64,000 nucleotides of DNA, from contig OZ245056.1 in assembly GCA_965224705.1 (NCBI GenBank), forward strand, positions 672,001-736,000, written 5' to 3'. Shown here piece by piece: positions 50,659-59,175 of the stretch. Each line of letters starts with the position of its first letter. Position 1 is the first letter of the stretch. The position numbers and the translations under genes are program-made. The notes under the pieces are model-generated. The model made no database searches. It was not told where the DNA came from and was given only the letters and a program-made list of their open reading frames with translations. This DNA comes from Spirochaetaceae bacterium (GTDB lineage: Bacteria > Spirochaetota > Spirochaetia > DSM-2461).

Positions 50659-50880
50659 TCATTTTGTTGTCATCTCGAATACACCATCCCAATCTCCTGG
50701 TGGAGGATCATCAAGAAAGAGTTTACAACGCTCACAGAACACCTGAGAAGGACCATCTTCCGGATCAAGTTCACAAGCTGAATTGAAATAGCTCAGTGCA
50801 TTGATGAAATCACGTTTCCTGTACAGGTCCCGTCCTTGAGAAAACAGCCGCAATACTTCGCTCTTTGTATCACTTATCAT
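50659..50880 (-). CDS. Small TPR-like protein resembling the C-terminal tail of class III adenylate cyclases
   Basis: FSQGRDLYRKRDF..A...F...DPEDGPSQVFCERC...PP.DWDGVF...K. Confidence 0.75.
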   Translation of the reverse strand: MISDTKSEVLRLFSQGRDLYRKRDFINALSYFNSACELDPEDGPSQVFCERCKLFLDDPPPGDWDGVFEMTTK

Positions 50881-51608
50881 GGGGAGGATGTCTCCCCATT
50901 ATGCAAACTGTGGAAATGCTCGCGGAACCGATCATCCAATTCACTAAGGGATAATTCAGCTTTCTCCACACCTCCTGTAGACTCCTGCAATTCCTTAACT
51001 TCGTCTTCCAGGCCCCCCAGGGCAGCCAGAGTATGTTCAGTTTCAACCAGAACCTGCTGTTTAAATGACTCAACCGCCCCTGGATCAGCGACATCAAGGT
51101 TCTTTGCCGAATCAATCAAATCAATAACCGGCTGCTTCAAGTGTTCCGTAAAAAAGACTAGAGACTTATTGAGAGAATCTGTGAGGGCTAATCGTTTCTC
51201 TCTAAGTAGAACCTGTCTGGAAAGTTCATGGCTGCGGAGTACAGCACGAATACGAGCGAGAACTTCCGAGAAGTTGAACGGCTTAATTATGTAGTCATCA
51301 ATACCAAGCTCATAACCTTCAATCTTATCCTTCACTGCATCCATGGCGGAGAACATAATTATTGGAATATCCTTAAACGCAGCAAAGGCTTCATCCTCTT
51401 TGAGCATTTTGGTCAGTTCCCAACCAGTCAGGCGCGGCATGATATTGTCTAAAACTATCAAGTCTGGAATATACTTTTTAATCATATCCAGACCCTCTTC
51501 ACCACAAGACGCTGTCAGGATGTGGAAACCCAGGCGGGAAAGCATTGCATCAAAGAGATCCAGATTGATTTGCTCATCATCAATAATGAGGATGGTCTTT
51601 TTATCCAT
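50877..51608 (-). CDS. Response regulator (receiver domain plus coiled-coil tail, no HTH)
   Basis: ILIIDDE, DLIVLDNIMP, FSA and DDYIIKPF. Confidence 0.88.
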   Translation of the reverse strand: MDKKTILIIDDEQINLDLFDAMLSRLGFHILTASCGEEGLDMIKKYIPDLIVLDNIMPRLTGWELTKMLKEDEAFAAFKDIPIIMFSAMDAVKDKIEGYELGIDDYIIKPFNFSEVLARIRAVLRSHELSRQVLLREKRLALTDSLNKSLVFFTEHLKQPVIDLIDSAKNLDVADPGAVESFKQQVLVETEHTLAALGGLEDEVKELQESTGGVEKAELSLSELDDRFREHFHSLHNGETSSP

Positions 51609-51922
51609 TAATTCCTGAGATCCCATGCCATTTTCTTAAGATCCTTGCCAGGACGAAAGACCGGAACTCCATGTGTCTTAACATGAACTATGGCCCCATT
51701 CCTGGGATTCCTTGCTTTTTCTCTACCCTTTCTGGTACGGATCTCAAATGTTCCCAACCCTCGCAATTCAACAATTCTGTCTTCAGAAAGGCCATCTTTA
51801 ACTTCCTCGAAAAAAGAATCTATAACCCTGTGGATTTCTTTTCGCTGAATTCCTGATTTCTCATAGATATTCTCTATAATCTCAGCCTTGGTTTTCTTTG
51901 AGCGAGCATCATTATTGGCCAT
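51608..51922 (-). CDS. HU/IHF family DNA-binding protein (Hbb-like)
   Basis: TKAEII, VELRGLGTFE, ARNPRNG and FRPGK. Confidence 0.92.
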   Translation of the reverse strand: MANNDARSKKTKAEIIENIYEKSGIQRKEIHRVIDSFFEEVKDGLSEDRIVELRGLGTFEIRTRKGREKARNPRNGAIVHVKTHGVPVFRPGKDLKKMAWDLRN

Positions 51923-52075
51923 TGAAATCCTCCTTATTGACCTCTGTCAAGGACCTGTCCAGAAACTCGTGCACCAGAGCCATACCGTTATTAACAAGTA
52001 TCCAACCTGACTTGTACTCCGGAGATCTTTAGGCTTTCTGCTCGAATACTCTTCCTCGAGACAGGCTCTTTTCCA

Positions 52076-52339
52076 TTATCCCAGTGATGCCAGACGTTTA
52101 TACATTCTAGACTTCTTTCTTGCCGAGGTATTCGGGTGGTACAATCCCTTCCGAGCAGCTGTATCTATCAACTTCACAAAATCTCTATACTTGATTTCTG
52201 CCCCTGCCCTGTCCTTCTTCTCAACAACTGACTCAAAACTTTTAACACTGGTTCTGACCTGACTGCGAACTGATCGATTACGAGCTCGTATTTTGAGACT
52301 CTGTCTACACCTTTTGGCAGCACCTTTAGTATCAGGCAT
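52076..52339 (-). CDS. rpsT: 30S ribosomal protein S20
   Basis: KGAAKR.RQ...RARN...S, IDTAARKGLYHPNTSARKKS. Confidence 0.95.
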   Translation of the reverse strand: MPDTKGAAKRCRQSLKIRARNRSVRSQVRTSVKSFESVVEKKDRAGAEIKYRDFVKLIDTAARKGLYHPNTSARKKSRMYKRLASLG

Positions 52340-52403
52340 TTTCTACTCCCGTTGTCGGGGCAATGTCAATCCCCTTATTATCATTTGAATTCTCTTAAAT
52401 CAC

Positions 52404-52574
52404 CTAATCGAAGTCTCGGGGTCGTCGTTCTTCCCGCTTACACTTCTCACAACTTGCAAAATGCTTCATCCGGCCATTTGTAAAAACAAACCGCATTTTC
52501 ACCTCACCGCCACAAGGACAGACAAATTTTTGAGTTCCTATAGCAACACGTGCGTTTTTATTGGCTCCTGCCAT
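52404..52574 (-). CDS. Small basic zinc-ribbon-like protein, 56 aa; below the ORF-track cutoff
   Basis: GGAG RBS, then MAGANKNARVAIGTQKFVCPCGGEVKMRFVFTNGRMKHFASCEKCKREERRPRDFD*. It has its own predicted promoter. Confidence 0.8.
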   Translation of the reverse strand: MAGANKNARVAIGTQKFVCPCGGEVKMRFVFTNGRMKHFASCEKCKREERRPRDFD

Positions 52575-52609
52575 GGAATACTCCTTGAATCTTCAATTGA
52601 CTACAAAAG

Positions 52610-52639
52610 ATACTATCAAGAGTGTCAGAAACATGTCAA
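52610..52639 (-). promoter_or_regulatory. Sigma70-type promoter of the small zinc-ribbon ORF and rpsT
   Basis: TTGACA-18 nt-TAGTAT with a TG extension. Confidence 0.55.
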
Positions 52640-52686
52640 CAAGAGTTATTCACTCTAACCTGTTTTCCCCAAGTTTTTCTGTGTTC

Positions 52687-53436
52687 TCAAAGCTGTTTTG
52701 AGGAAGGATTCTTCCGTCCGTTTTCATTATAACTGTCCTTTTCAAATGCCAGACAACACAGCAAACGTCCACATGCTCCTGATATTTTGTGAGAATTAAG
52801 TGAAAGATGCTGTTCCTTCGCCATTTTAATCGTAACGGGACCCAGACGGTCGGTTACCCCATGGCAGCAGCAAATCCGCCCACAAACGGCCAATCCGCCG
52901 ATAACACGAGAACTATCCCGGATACCAATCTGCCTGAGCTCTATTCGCATTTTGAAAAGATTAGCAAGTTCCTGAACTAATTCTCTGAAATCAATTCGAT
53001 TCTCTGCATTGAAGAAAAAAACAATTCTCTGTTCGTTCAAAACAAAATGGGCTGCAATGAGTTTCATAGGCAGACCAAATCGAGTGATACGTTCCTGGCA
53101 GATTTCATACGCATTCTCTTCTTCAACAGCTAGTTTTTCTCTTCGGGAAAAATCCTGATCATTGGCCAGACGCTCAATTTTACGTATTGGCTTCATGGAA
53201 GCATCTTCAGTATTGGTGATGGGACCGAGGATCCGTGCTAAATCAATGCCATAGCGGGTATTGGCAATAACGAAGTCTCCACGGGAAAGAACAATATCTT
53301 TCGGTGCGGCACAGTACTCAAACTCATTGATGGATACGACTCGCATACGCCAGAGATCTTCAGGGATCGTCTTAATGCCTGGATCAGAGTTATGATCAGG
53401 CCGATGCCTATCATCTGAATACATGTGTTTTCTCAT
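52687..53436 (-). CDS. PSP1/RicT (YaaT) family protein
   Basis: RIDFRELV..LA..F..RIELRQIG.RD, CGRICCC and KISGACGRLLCCLAFE. Confidence 0.9.
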   Translation of the reverse strand: MRKHMYSDDRHRPDHNSDPGIKTIPEDLWRMRVVSINEFEYCAAPKDIVLSRGDFVIANTRYGIDLARILGPITNTEDASMKPIRKIERLANDQDFSRREKLAVEEENAYEICQERITRFGLPMKLIAAHFVLNEQRIVFFFNAENRIDFRELVQELANLFKMRIELRQIGIRDSSRVIGGLAVCGRICCCHGVTDRLGPVTIKMAKEQHLSLNSHKISGACGRLLCCLAFEKDSYNENGRKNPSSKQL

Positions 53437-53451
53437 TCAGTCATCAATTCC

Positions 53452-53964
53452 TCAACCTGCAAGATCAACAATGAGTCCATGAATCTCATTTATTCTTCTC
53501 AATATCTCCAATTGATCGGCTTGATTACTGAGAACATGTTTTGCAAGGTTTTCCAGTTTGTTATCTATAATCCTGATTACAACATACTTTTTTTGCTGCA
53601 ATGTTGTGGGGTTCCGTATTCCAACTGTATCTTCAACTTCAATACTTTGATCAAGAATGTACCGGAGAAAGCTTCGAATTGACCTTTTATATTCCTTTAA
53701 GGGCCCCATAACTGAATCCCTCAGCAGTGCCTCACCTGTTTCATGAATCTCGTCCAGTAATCCTTCCAGAGTTTCAGTTCCATCCAGCTCCGGAAGGTTT
53801 ATGCCCGTCGCTTCAATAGAACCTGTACTCGCCTCCGATACTCTGTGCAGTGTACTCCTGAAACTTGATGCTGATTTCCTTCCTGGTTTTACCCCTTTAC
53901 GTTTTTTCCTTCCTTCCAGAGACTCAAGATTTCTTCCAATTTGATTCAGTCTCTCAATATCCAT
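53452..53964 (-). CDS. YaaR/DUF327 family protein
   Basis: LLDEIHETGE.L...YK..IR.F and IDNKLENLA...Q..IL..INEI.GLIVDL. Confidence 0.85.
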   Translation of the reverse strand: MDIERLNQIGRNLESLEGRKKRKGVKPGRKSASSFRSTLHRVSEASTGSIEATGINLPELDGTETLEGLLDEIHETGEALLRDSVMGPLKEYKRSIRSFLRYILDQSIEVEDTVGIRNPTTLQQKKYVVIRIIDNKLENLAKHVLSNQADQLEILRRINEIHGLIVDLAG

Positions 53965-53987
53965 AAACCTCCTCCCAGGAAAGAATT

Positions 53988-54425
53988 CTAAGACATGGCT
54001 GAAGTATGGGTAATCCTATCCTCCCAATCAATAGAAAAAAGTTTAGAATCGTCATTCTTTGCCGTCGCTATAATGCTCTCATCCTCAGAGATTGTGCAAT
54101 GGCCATGCAGGATCACACCATCCTCAATTATGATGCTGGGTGATTGGATATTTCCTATAACGATACTTGTGGATAACAGGACGATTTTTGATTTAGCGCC
54201 AAGATTTCCTTTGACTATACCTCCAACCACAATCATATCGGCTTCGATAAGGCACATGGCTCTACCGGACTTTCCGACAAGAACCCGGCCATCAGTTCTG
54301 ATCTTTCCTTCAAAATCACCATCAATCCGAAGAAGCCCCTGAAGATCCAGGTCTCCCCGGAAATGAGAACCCTCACCGATAATGGAATTGATAAGAATCT
54401 GATCTCTTCCCGAATTCCTCATCAC
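53988..54425 (-). CDS. Bactofilin
   Basis: SIIGEGSHFRGDL...LRIDG.FEG...VGG.VKGN...GNI....IEDG. Confidence 0.9.
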   Translation of the reverse strand: MMRNSGRDQILINSIIGEGSHFRGDLDLQGLLRIDGDFEGKIRTDGRVLVGKSGRAMCLIEADMIVVGGIVKGNLGAKSKIVLLSTSIVIGNIQSPSIIIEDGVILHGHCTISEDESIIATAKNDDSKLFSIDWEDRITHTSAMS

Positions 54426-54432
54426 TCATTAC

Positions 54433-55389
54433 CTATCGGTGACGCTTAAGATTCGTCGATAAATCGCCTAAACTCTCATCGGAATTCGACATGTGGAGAA
54501 ATTTAATGGGGTCAACCAGTTGAGTACCAATCATAACTTCATAGTGCAGATGAGGACCCGTTGATCTCCCGGAATTTCCCATTGTTCCGATGATTTCCCC
54601 CTGAGTAATCCTTTGACCAACCTCAACCATCTGCCTCTGCAAATGAGCAAATCGTGTTTTAAAGCCATACTTGTGCTGAATATCAATGTAATACCCAAAT
54701 CCGTGAGCATCATAATCCTTCTTTACAACTTTTCCATCAGCCGTAGCAATTATGGGAACCCCATAGCCAAAGGCTAAATCAAGTCCTCGATGAAGGTACC
54801 AATGGTGTCCAAAAGGATTGATGGAAGGACCGAATATCTGCGTAACCCAGCCCCGGACATCCTTGAGCGGCCAGATTGTAGGTATGTCGGATAAAAGCTC
54901 TTTCTGCCTGGAAAGCACCATGCCTATATTTCCAAGATCATCGGCTGATTGCTCCAGGGCAGTACGCAAATCCTGTAAATCACCCACTTCCACCATGGTA
55001 CTTCCATCCGTTTGTTCTATGGCAAAGAGCGATGCTAAATCTCCTCCGCTTCCGGCTGCCGCAGGATCGGCAGTTGTTTCATCAATATCAAGAATGTCTA
55101 TTGTCTGACTTAAGTTCTTCCGGAATTTATCCGCCGAAGCAATTAAATAGCCTACTTCATCCCGTATGATATCCAGACTTGCTTCGGTTACCGCCAAATC
55201 TCTGGAACGGGTAGCGATAAGAGTCTCCCTGCCGGAAAAATCCAGGGAGAACCAGAAAAAACCAGCCATAAACCCGAAGAAAACTACTCCGCAAAAGAAT
55301 AGAATCGGCAGGCTTATCTGGATATGCAGAGGTTTTTTCTCAGAATGCGGTACGAGTATAATGGTGAATTTCTGACGGAGGAATTTCAT
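54433..55389 (-). CDS. M23 family metallopeptidase; the true start may be GTG 55466 across a frameshift
   Basis: HRGLD, TRFAHL and GNSGRSTGPHLHYEV, with an N-terminal TM segment. Confidence 0.92.
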   Translation of the reverse strand: MKFLRQKFTIILVPHSEKKPLHIQISLPILFFCGVVFFGFMAGFFWFSLDFSGRETLIATRSRDLAVTEASLDIIRDEVGYLIASADKFRKNLSQTIDILDIDETTADPAAAGSGGDLASLFAIEQTDGSTMVEVGDLQDLRTALEQSADDLGNIGMVLSRQKELLSDIPTIWPLKDVRGWVTQIFGPSINPFGHHWYLHRGLDLAFGYGVPIIATADGKVVKKDYDAHGFGYYIDIQHKYGFKTRFAHLQRQMVEVGQRITQGEIIGTMGNSGRSTGPHLHYEVMIGTQLVDPIKFLHMSNSDESLGDLSTNLKRHR

Positions 55390-55478
55390 TAAGCTACCAA
55401 AAAACCAACATATCCTGGATGTTTTTCATGAGTCTTTACTATTTTACCAGATTTCGTTCCGGGCACACAATCTCCTGA

Positions 55479-55568
55479 TTTCTACCAGACTATCACTATT
55501 CCTGTCAAACAGCAAGAGTTTAATTCAACGTTTTTATATTGACAAATACTGTCATCCAGGATTACATT
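55479..55568. promoter_or_regulatory. Divergent sigma70-type promoters for the M23 gene (minus) and tatD (plus)
   Basis: Minus strand: TTGACA (55508-55503)-18 nt-TAGAAA. Plus strand: TTGACA (55539)-18 nt-TACATT. Confidence 0.5.
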
Positions 55569-55613
55569 CATTTAAGTATTCTCAACAAGAACCCCATGCA
55601 AGCGAGTAAACTC

Positions 55614-56399
55614 ATGCGATATTTTGACACCCATGCCCACATTGGTTTGATTCATGAAGACCCAATTGAGCAATTAATAATAATACAGGAAGCCAAGCAG
55701 GCAAATGTTAAACGAATTGTCAGTATAACAAACAACCTGAATGATTTCTTTGAAGTACACCAGAATCTGGTTACATCAACTAATACTGTTTTCAGTATCG
55801 GTGTTTCTCCATCTGAAGTTCAACATCCAGGTATTGATTGGCAGAGAAAAATAGCGGATGGTGTCAGAAAAGACAGAATCGTTGCCATCGGTGAAACCGG
55901 ATTGGACTATTTTCGAAAGTTCGGCAGTAAGAGTGCACAGGTGGAGTTGTTCATCGCCCAACTTGAGCTGGCTGAAAACTACGATCTCCCTGTTATAATT
56001 CACAATCGCAATGCCGGTCATGACATCAAAGAGATACTCAAATCGAAATTACCTTCTAAAGGCGGAGTTCTACATTGCTTCTCAGAAGACTTCGAATTTG
56101 CCGAAGGCATGGTGAAGGCCCATGAAAACCTGTATTTCTCATTCGCCGGGAATCTCACATATAGAAATGCACGCAACCTCCATGAAACCGTCAGAAAACT
56201 CCCCCTGGATCGAATTGTTATAGAAAGCGAGAGTCCATTCATGGTACCGGCTGATTACCGTGGAAAGCGTAACAGACCAGCTTACCTGCCTTCCACTGCA
56301 GCTTTTATTGCAGAATTGAGAGGAGAAGACGAAGAAGAGGTCTCTGAGAGTTTGTGGCTGAATTCATGTAAACTTTTCAGCATTGAACCGGAGTCATGA
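55614..56399 (+). CDS. tatD: TatD family deoxyribonuclease
   Basis: FDTHAH, AIGETGLDY, IIHNR, GVLHCFS and ESESPF. Confidence 0.9.
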   Translation: MRYFDTHAHIGLIHEDPIEQLIIIQEAKQANVKRIVSITNNLNDFFEVHQNLVTSTNTVFSIGVSPSEVQHPGIDWQRKIADGVRKDRIVAIGETGLDYFRKFGSKSAQVELFIAQLELAENYDLPVIIHNRNAGHDIKEILKSKLPSKGGVLHCFSEDFEFAEGMVKAHENLYFSFAGNLTYRNARNLHETVRKLPLDRIVIESESPFMVPADYRGKRNRPAYLPSTAAFIAELRGEDEEEVSESLWLNSCKLFSIEPES

Positions 56400-56403
56400 A
56401 CTG

Positions 56404-56581
56404 AGTGTCAGAAAGCTTGTTAATTCGGTAAAAACCCATGTAAAGCTCATTACAGCATAGTAAGAAAACAATTTATACGGAGATTGACAATGCTATTCCC
56501 TCACTGCTCCAGCCCGAAATCCATCAATTGAAATTGGAATCCTAACCGGGTTAAAGGGAGTTTTACAGGCTTTCTGACACT
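56404..56581 (+). mobile_element. Family-2 MITE-like element, 178 bp
   Basis: 17-bp TIR with one mismatch: AGTGTCAGAAAGCTTGT...ACAGGCTTTCTGACACT. Confidence 0.75.
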
Positions 56582-56612
56582 GGTTTTTTCGTATGAATTC
56601 AGATTTTTATAC

Positions 56613-56642
56613 TTGACTCCAATCATGAAGGAATGATATAAG
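56613..56642 (+). promoter_or_regulatory. Probable rplU operon promoter
   Basis: TTGACT-18 nt-TATAAG with a TG extension. Confidence 0.45.
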
Positions 56643-56689
56643 AAATGCTGCATCAAGCAGTATGATATTTCAGATACAGGGATCAGCAC

Positions 56690-57007
56690 ATGTATGCTTT
56701 AGTAGAAATAAAGGGTAAACAATACAAAGTAGAAGAAAATAGGCGAATCAAAGTAGATCGGCTTGAAGAAAAGACTGGAACAACGATTGAGTTTGACAGG
56801 GTACTGATGCTCTCGGAGGACAGGGGGCCGAAGTTTGGACAGCCCTATGTCACGGGAGCGAAAGTTACTGCAACTGTCGGTACGGCGGTTAAGGAACCAA
56901 AGATCAAAGTTGTTAAGTTTAAACGGCGTAAGGGTTATCACCGGACTCAAGGTCACAGACAGCAGTATACCATGCTGCAGGTGAATAAAATCAGCCGACA
57001 GGAGTAG
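56690..57007 (+). CDS. rplU: 50S ribosomal protein L21
   Basis: MYALVEIKGKQYKV...KFKRRKGY...GHRQ.YT. Confidence 0.97.
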   Translation: MYALVEIKGKQYKVEENRRIKVDRLEEKTGTTIEFDRVLMLSEDRGPKFGQPYVTGAKVTATVGTAVKEPKIKVVKFKRRKGYHRTQGHRQQYTMLQVNKISRQE

Positions 57008-57009
57008 AC

Positions 57010-57354
57010 TTGGTTGATATTGCCGTAGTCCTGAATGAAGCTGGTACATTGTCCCGCCTGAACATTAAAGGACATGTGGCAGGTGCCCCGAAGGGGAAAA
57101 ACCTTGCCTGTGCAGCAGTCAGCCTCATGGTCCGGTCTGTAGCTCGTTTAGTAACAGCTCAACCGGGGTGGAAAGTCAATGGTGATGCACCGGAACCAGG
57201 GATCCTTTCCCTGGCGATACAATGGCATCCCAAAGACATGACAGAGTGGCTCAAAGGTGTAACTGATACACTGCTTCGAGCTCTGGCCGACATTGATGAA
57301 GAGTATCCTTCAGCCCTGTCGCTCAGCATAGAGGAGAAAAATAATGGCTCATAA
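57010..57354 (+). CDS. prp: Ribosomal-processing cysteine protease Prp (YsxB/DUF464)
   Basis: Located between rplU and rpmA. GH....G.NLACAAVS motif. Confidence 0.85.
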   Translation: MVDIAVVLNEAGTLSRLNIKGHVAGAPKGKNLACAAVSLMVRSVARLVTAQPGWKVNGDAPEPGILSLAIQWHPKDMTEWLKGVTDTLLRALADIDEEYPSALSLSIEEKNNGS

Positions 57355-57595
57355 AAAAGGGGGGGGGTCCTCCCGGAATGGCAGGGATTCCAATGCCAAG
57401 AGGCTTGGTGTCAAACGTTTTGGCGGAGAGGTGGTGAAAGCCGGTACCATCCTTATCCGTCAACGCGGCACAAAGATTCATCCGGGAGAAAATGTCGGAT
57501 GTGGTAAGGATTTCACGTTATTCGCAAAAATATCCGGTACTGTTCTTTACCACTTTGGAAAAGGTAAGAAACGGGTTTCCATCATTACTCCGTGA
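57344..57595 (+). CDS. rpmA: 50S ribosomal protein L27
   Basis: [22 protein letters not shown]...RQRGT. Confidence 0.97.
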   Translation: MAHKKGGGSSRNGRDSNAKRLGVKRFGGEVVKAGTILIRQRGTKIHPGENVGCGKDFTLFAKISGTVLYHFGKGKKRVSIITP

Positions 57596-57604
57596 TTCAT
57601 TTTT

Positions 57605-58582
57605 ATGTCTTCATTCGTCGATGAGGTTCAATTTACTGTTCTCTCGGGCGATGGTGGTTCTGGGAGTACATCCTTTCGCCGTGAGAAATATGTCCCGCGC
57701 GGCGGACCCGATGGCGGGGACGGAGGAAGGGGTGGAGATGTCATATTCGTCACACAATGCAATCTCTCCACACTTTCCCATTTACGAGGAAGAACCGTAT
57801 TAAAAGCCAGGCGGGGAGATAATGGCCGCAGTCGTCGGATGCATGGCAGGAATGGAGATGATGTTCTGATCAAAATACCGCCTGGAACACGTATCATCGA
57901 TGCTGTAACGGGTGAGCATCTTCACGATTTTTCCTCAAAGATGGCAGGAGAACAGTGGATCTGCCTCCAGGGGGGACAGGGAGGACGGGGTAACTGGCAT
58001 TTCAAGAGTTCCCGCAATCAAAGCCCGAGTTATGCTCAAGACGGCCGCCCTGGAGATTCAAGAAAACTGGCCCTGGAACTGGCCCTTATTGCCGATGTGG
58101 GTCTTGTGGGACTTCCAAATTCCGGTAAGTCATCTCTGATCAACGCTGTAACAGCTGCCAGATCAAAAGTGGGCGCATATCCCTTTACAACAAGGATTCC
58201 TCACCTTGGCGTACTTGGGCGCGGCAGCAGAGAAATTGTCATTGCCGATATACCTGGTCTCATAAAAGGGGCATCTGAAGGTATTGGCCTGGGCTTTCAG
58301 TTCCTCCGCCATGTCAGCCGAACTGAATCCCTGGCATTTCTCACTGACCTGGGAGAGCCGGATCCTGCTGCGGCAATTCATTCTCTAATAGAAGAGATTG
58401 AATCATACGATTCTACAATGATGTCAAAAAAACGAATCATAGTCGGAACAAAAACAGACCTGGATGGAGATGGAAAGAAGTTCGCAGCCCTGAAAAACAG
58501 CTTTTCCAACGACACTGTATTCGGTATCTCAGTTTATTCAAGGGATGGTCTGGACATTCTTGTGGATGCTTTACTGAAGTGA
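57605..58582 (+). CDS. obgE: GTPase ObgE
   Basis: Gly-rich Obg fold FRREKYVPRGGPDGGDGG, GLPNSGKS, YPFTT and DIPG. Confidence 0.96.
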   Translation: MSSFVDEVQFTVLSGDGGSGSTSFRREKYVPRGGPDGGDGGRGGDVIFVTQCNLSTLSHLRGRTVLKARRGDNGRSRRMHGRNGDDVLIKIPPGTRIIDAVTGEHLHDFSSKMAGEQWICLQGGQGGRGNWHFKSSRNQSPSYAQDGRPGDSRKLALELALIADVGLVGLPNSGKSSLINAVTAARSKVGAYPFTTRIPHLGVLGRGSREIVIADIPGLIKGASEGIGLGFQFLRHVSRTESLAFLTDLGEPDPAAAIHSLIEEIESYDSTMMSKKRIIVGTKTDLDGDGKKFAALKNSFSNDTVFGISVYSRDGLDILVDALLK

Positions 58583-59175
58583 AGACCGCAATTTTCGGAG
58601 GTTCATTCAATCCCGTTCATTGCGGGCATATTGCCCTTGCCCATGAAGCTGTGAAAATCGGCTATCAAAGGATAATATTTGTTCCGGCAAACAGATCGCC
58701 GTTTAAAACGACTGATAGTGGAATGAATCTTTCTGCTGAGCACAGATTGAAAATACTCAGACTCACCCTCGAGGGAATTCCATGGGCAATGATATGGGAA
58801 GGAGAACTGAATCGACCAGGGCCATCATACAGTATTGATTCTCTTAGAGAGCTGCAGAGAATTGGTCTTGTATCGGAGAAACCCGGATTCATTATCGGTG
58901 ACGATCTGGTAAAGAAATTCCCGCTGTGGAAGGATGCTGCTTCCCTGGCTGAATCAACTGAACTTCTGCTGGGACGGAGGATACAGGAAGGGAATACCCA
59001 TGTTTTCCCCTACCCTCACAGGGAAATCAATAATGCGCTATGGCCATTGTCATCCACTCAGGTGAGACAACTCATCGCCAGAGGAAAAGCGGTCGATTCA
59101 TTACTTCCCAGAACGGTTATTGAATACATCAACAAAAAGAATCTTTATGGCACTCCCCGGGAATACAGCAGCTAG
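58579..59175 (+). CDS. nadD: Nicotinate-nucleotide adenylyltransferase
   Basis: FGGSFNPVHCGH, SPFK, SYSID, IIGDD and LSSTQVR. Confidence 0.93.
   Translation: MKTAIFGGSFNPVHCGHIALAHEAVKIGYQRIIFVPANRSPFKTTDSGMNLSAEHRLKILRLTLEGIPWAMIWEGELNRPGPSYSIDSLRELQRIGLVSEKPGFIIGDDLVKKFPLWKDAASLAESTELLLGRRIQEGNTHVFPYPHREINNALWPLSSTQVRQLIARGKAVDSLLPRTVIEYINKKNLYGTPREYSS

Noticed and set aside
52621..52631. AGTGTCAGAAA resembling a family-2 end
   Set aside because: An 11-bp match inside a predicted promoter spacer, with no opposite TIR.
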